DNA of 64,000 nucleotides. Source: Azolla caroliniana (Eukaryota > Plantae > Polypodiophyta). The position numbers were made by a program, and so were the translations under genes. Shown here in pieces: positions 60,349-64,000 of this stretch. The notes beneath the pieces were generated by a model that worked only from the letters and a program-made list of their open reading frames with translations, did no database searches and was not told the origin of the DNA. Numbering within the stretch: position 1 is the stretch's first letter; each line of letters starts with the position of its first letter. The stretch covers positions 8,742,001 through 8,806,000 of the forward strand of contig JBHGNT010000013.1 of NCBI GenBank assembly GCA_043228905.1. Direction: 5' to 3'.

Positions 60349-63300
60349 GTCTCTGTCTGTCTGTGTGGGCTTGGCCTCCCCAGGGTGGGTTCCAGCCGAC
60401 AAGTTGCAAAGGTAAGTACGCCTCCCCCCCCCCCCCCCCCCCCCCAACTCTCTCTCTCTCTGCACCCTTTTCATCCCTTCCATACACATTACCTTCCATT
60501 GGACGCAAAACGGCCAATCCTTTATTCCAGCTGTAATCTTTGTGATGAGCTGATTCATCATTGCCATCTGTAGACCCCACCCCACCCCACCATTCATCTC
60601 AGCTCATCTCGTCTCATACAGTAGACTTGTATTTACCAATAGTTTTTAAGGAATGACGGACCTTCCCTCCTCTTCTGCCTACGGCCCCAAGATTGCAAGC
60701 AGCAGATTCATCATCATCGTGCATGGACGGACATAAGCACTCCTACGGAACTATGTTGAGCCATGCTGCAGAGGTTTCATTGTAACAGTTTCAGATGATC
60801 AATCAATGGATTTATTAGAAGACAACATCATTATCCACCACCGTTTGGTATTTTAATAAATAAATTCGACTGTTCTTGGCTACCACAAATGCAGGGGATG
60901 GATGGATGGATGGATGGCAGTCCTCATGGAGGAGTACCGTCTTGGAAACCTTAAAATAACGTCCGCATTCACGTGTTGATTAGAAGTGAAATATCTGGGC
61001 AATGGACAAATATTCAAACAAAATCAAAACACGTTGCTTTGCGAGAGAAGGGACAAAAACAATTGGGTAGGAACTGTGGTTGAGGATGGCCATAGGTGCA
61101 TCAGCATGGATGGAATGGCATCAAAGAACACATAGGGCGACGGGGACTGTGTGTTGTTATGTGCGGTGCAGGTGTGGTGGTACATAATGTATTGTATTTG
61201 TTACATGTACATATTTGAAGTTAGTTAAAGTTCAATGTCGTTTGGAGGTAGGCAAGTATGTAACTAGTAGTAGTACCCGCCCCCATGTTTGCTATACATA
61301 CATACATGCATGCATATGTTGGCTCAATATATTTCATGTAGCACCCACCATTCATTTCACTTTTGTGTTCTTGAAAGCTACCTAAATATGACTAGCATCC
61401 ATTATTTCTAGCAACGTTCTTATGTCCCGTGATATTGAGCTAGGCATTTGTCGATGAATTACTTTCCAACATGAGAGTGTGTGCATTTGTGTGTATGTTG
61501 TAGGGTCTAGAATCACCTATTATAGTATCGGTTGGTTATTGTGCACATAATGTGGGTACATATGAACAATTACCATAAATTTTACCACTATTTGTGTAGA
61601 TGTCAAGTGTGAAAAAATAGCAAACAATGTAGGTACAAAAACCATTCTTTGTCAAGAGAAATTCTCGTGTACTTATTTTGTTGCATCCTTGTGAATAGTC
61701 CAAATGATTTCACAGATCAAACTGCTTTCCATTGACAAATGGGCATTACACATGTTTACTAAAAATTATATATTGTCCTCCAACACAACCTCTAGTATCG
61801 TGCATCTTTTATTTTAAAGCCTTGTTTTTTAGTAAGATTGGTAACTATTATTTTAATATTTAACGTTGTCACCCCATAAGAAAGGTGATGGTGACTCTAC
61901 TTTCATGAGACGAATATTACAGGCTAGATCTTCTAAATTATACAATCTATATGTCGTATATGTATATGGTAAGTATGTAGTATGCATGGTGTGTGTGTGT
62001 GTGTGTGTGTATGTCTAGTGAAGGGAATCAATTCTTTGCCATGGTAAAATTGTAATTGTGAGTTTAGGCATGCATGAGAGCCCTCCCCTCACTCCATATG
62101 ACATAATTGATGGGCAACTCTTGCGCTTCTTTTCTACACCAATGTCCTTGTCTTGTTCAAGTTGGTCATTTTAAGACAACATTATTGTTTGTCTTCCCTT
62201 AACGTTGTTGGAACGTTGTTGGAATATACTCTATGTTTGCCAATCAAGTACCGGTTGTTCATACAAATTATATTCATCCTGAAGATCTGTACACATCATC
62301 CCTTATAACAAAACCCTCTTTTTACCCTATTTCTATCAATTGTCTTGATTCGACCTAAGCCTTCAAATTTTTTCACAAGGAATTTTGTGGTTCAATTCTA
62401 CAATATTTCCATTCTCTCGACATTGTAATTATTCACTGTTAGTACATTATATGTGTAATCTACAAAGGTTACTTTGTCCTCTACTGTTCCTCAAATATTC
62501 CACATCATACCAAACTAACCATCTTACCATTTAACAATTTGTCACATATGTCTATTTGAATGTAAAACCAAAAGTTACATCCTTAGTATTGTTAAACCTA
62601 TGGTGGGACCTTCCATAATCTCTAATGATGTGATCACATGTTGCCATGCAGGTACAAGACAAATGAGCTCATTCAAAAACACATATCTAGAGTCCATCGC
62701 GTGTCATGAAACGAATTGGAGTTAAAACAAATATGCATAAGGTGATGCGATGAAATTCGTTGAGTAGATACTAATGCATGAAATGTGTAAATTAGACTCA
62801 TCTAGGAATGACACGTTCACGTTGTGATGATAATGTTTGCATTTTTTCAATGAAATGTAGTATAACCTTATCATTGAACTAGTGGAGCAGAAGCGATCAA
62901 AATGTCAAGATCAACACGTACTCTCTATGAAAAATACATGTTCAACACTCACACTACCTAGTATACGTAAAATATACAAAGTAGAAGACGTACTAGCATC
63001 TGTGATTTCATGAACCAGCTTTTTGTTTTATATATACTATCACCATTCATGACAATAGTTTTGTAATACAAATTAGCAAGAACGTGACAATATATATCGC
63101 GATTAATGAGATGCCTCTAAGAATACTCTTACTCCGTAACATACTTAGCATTTCATATATCACCAAACATGAAACTTTCTAGTGGTCCACCCATTGTATT
63201 AGTGTACGTAGAGATAGATAGATATCTTTCAATGTCCATGCAAGACTAATTGTGATCTACGGGATGGGGCCTAGTTCATAGTGAGGACCATGTGCCCACC

Positions 63301-63942
63301 AATTGATTTTATCATGATAAGAAACCCTCTCTTTGCGTGAGTTGAACATATCGCCACCTATTAAGCAACTATTGGACATGTTGCCTTGAGCCTTTCCTTG
63401 TAAATTCCCACAAGACAATAAAATGACAACTAGGTGAAACTTAGGATAAGAGCATAATGTCCACAAGTGTAAAAAAGACACAATTGCACTAATAAAATGT
63501 GAAAGAAATATAAAAATGAAAAGAAAAGTTTGTTCTTTATTTTGGATTAATCTATATCAAGTTAGAGCTCTCTATGATAATCTTTTTAGGTCACATTTTT
63601 AAAACATATGTTTCCTTTCTAGAACTTATGCCTTAAGCTCCTTTTGTGTAACTAGGGTTTATGTGGAATGAAGAAATATTACTGGCTTAATATTGTTTTC
63701 TTGTTCCTTTTCCTAATTTAAGTTCTCAAATTAAGTGATTAAGTGTGAGTTTAATCATTGTTTATGCTTAAGAGAAGAGAATATGGTTAGTAGGTTTGTT
63801 AATGTCATATAGGTCTCCTTTTGGTATGCTTGATGGTGATTGACACACTTCTTGCAAACTTTGCATGCACAACTTGGAATATTATTTGATGCAATGGTTA
63901 ATGTGATGATAACCAATGCGACTTTAATGTTTTGTTGGAGAT

Positions 63943-64000
63943 GTAAAGACAAATAGCGTGCGGAAGCAATAAAAACAGAAAACAGAGAACAGGTTTAATG
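63943..64000. mobile_element. Edge of a Copia LTR (same family as 53805-54212), running off the window
   Basis: TGTAAAGACAAATAGCGTGCGGAAGCAATA...GTTTAATG matches 53805-53863. Confidence 0.85.

Noticed and set aside
59665-60536. Plus-strand ORFs (188, 116 and 205 aa; Pro- or His-rich)
   Set aside because: They are antisense shadows of the GC-rich glycine-repeat gene and microsatellites.

Overview
Repeat-rich nuclear DNA from a land plant. The spliceosomal genes, long TE-filled introns and Tcn1-like chromovirus suggest a non-seed plant such as a fern, but this is inference. There are three host genes: a 7-exon UIM-containing MINDY-3/4-type deubiquitinase (7119-23570, +) with a full-length antisense Copia element in intron 5, a mitochondrial ribosomal protein mL60-like gene (-), and a hybrid glycine-rich 8-cysteine-motif cell-wall protein (-). 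Most of the rest is nested, decayed Copia, Gypsy and L1 elements. The main finding is at about 30977-45958. Removing two nested L1 insertions (one of which holds a Tcn1-like chromovirus) leaves a DNA transposon of about 6.5 kb bounded by terminal inverted repeats (TIRs). It carries two head-to-head genes. One is a Sola1-like DDD transposase with a C-terminal BAH-like domain (+). The other is an intron-containing, bacterial-type beta-class N6-adenine/N4-cytosine DNA methyltransferase (-) with DIPY, YQKP and VLDLFSGTG motifs. Both genes are pseudogenised in this copy. All coordinates and alignments were read by eye; no database searches were run.
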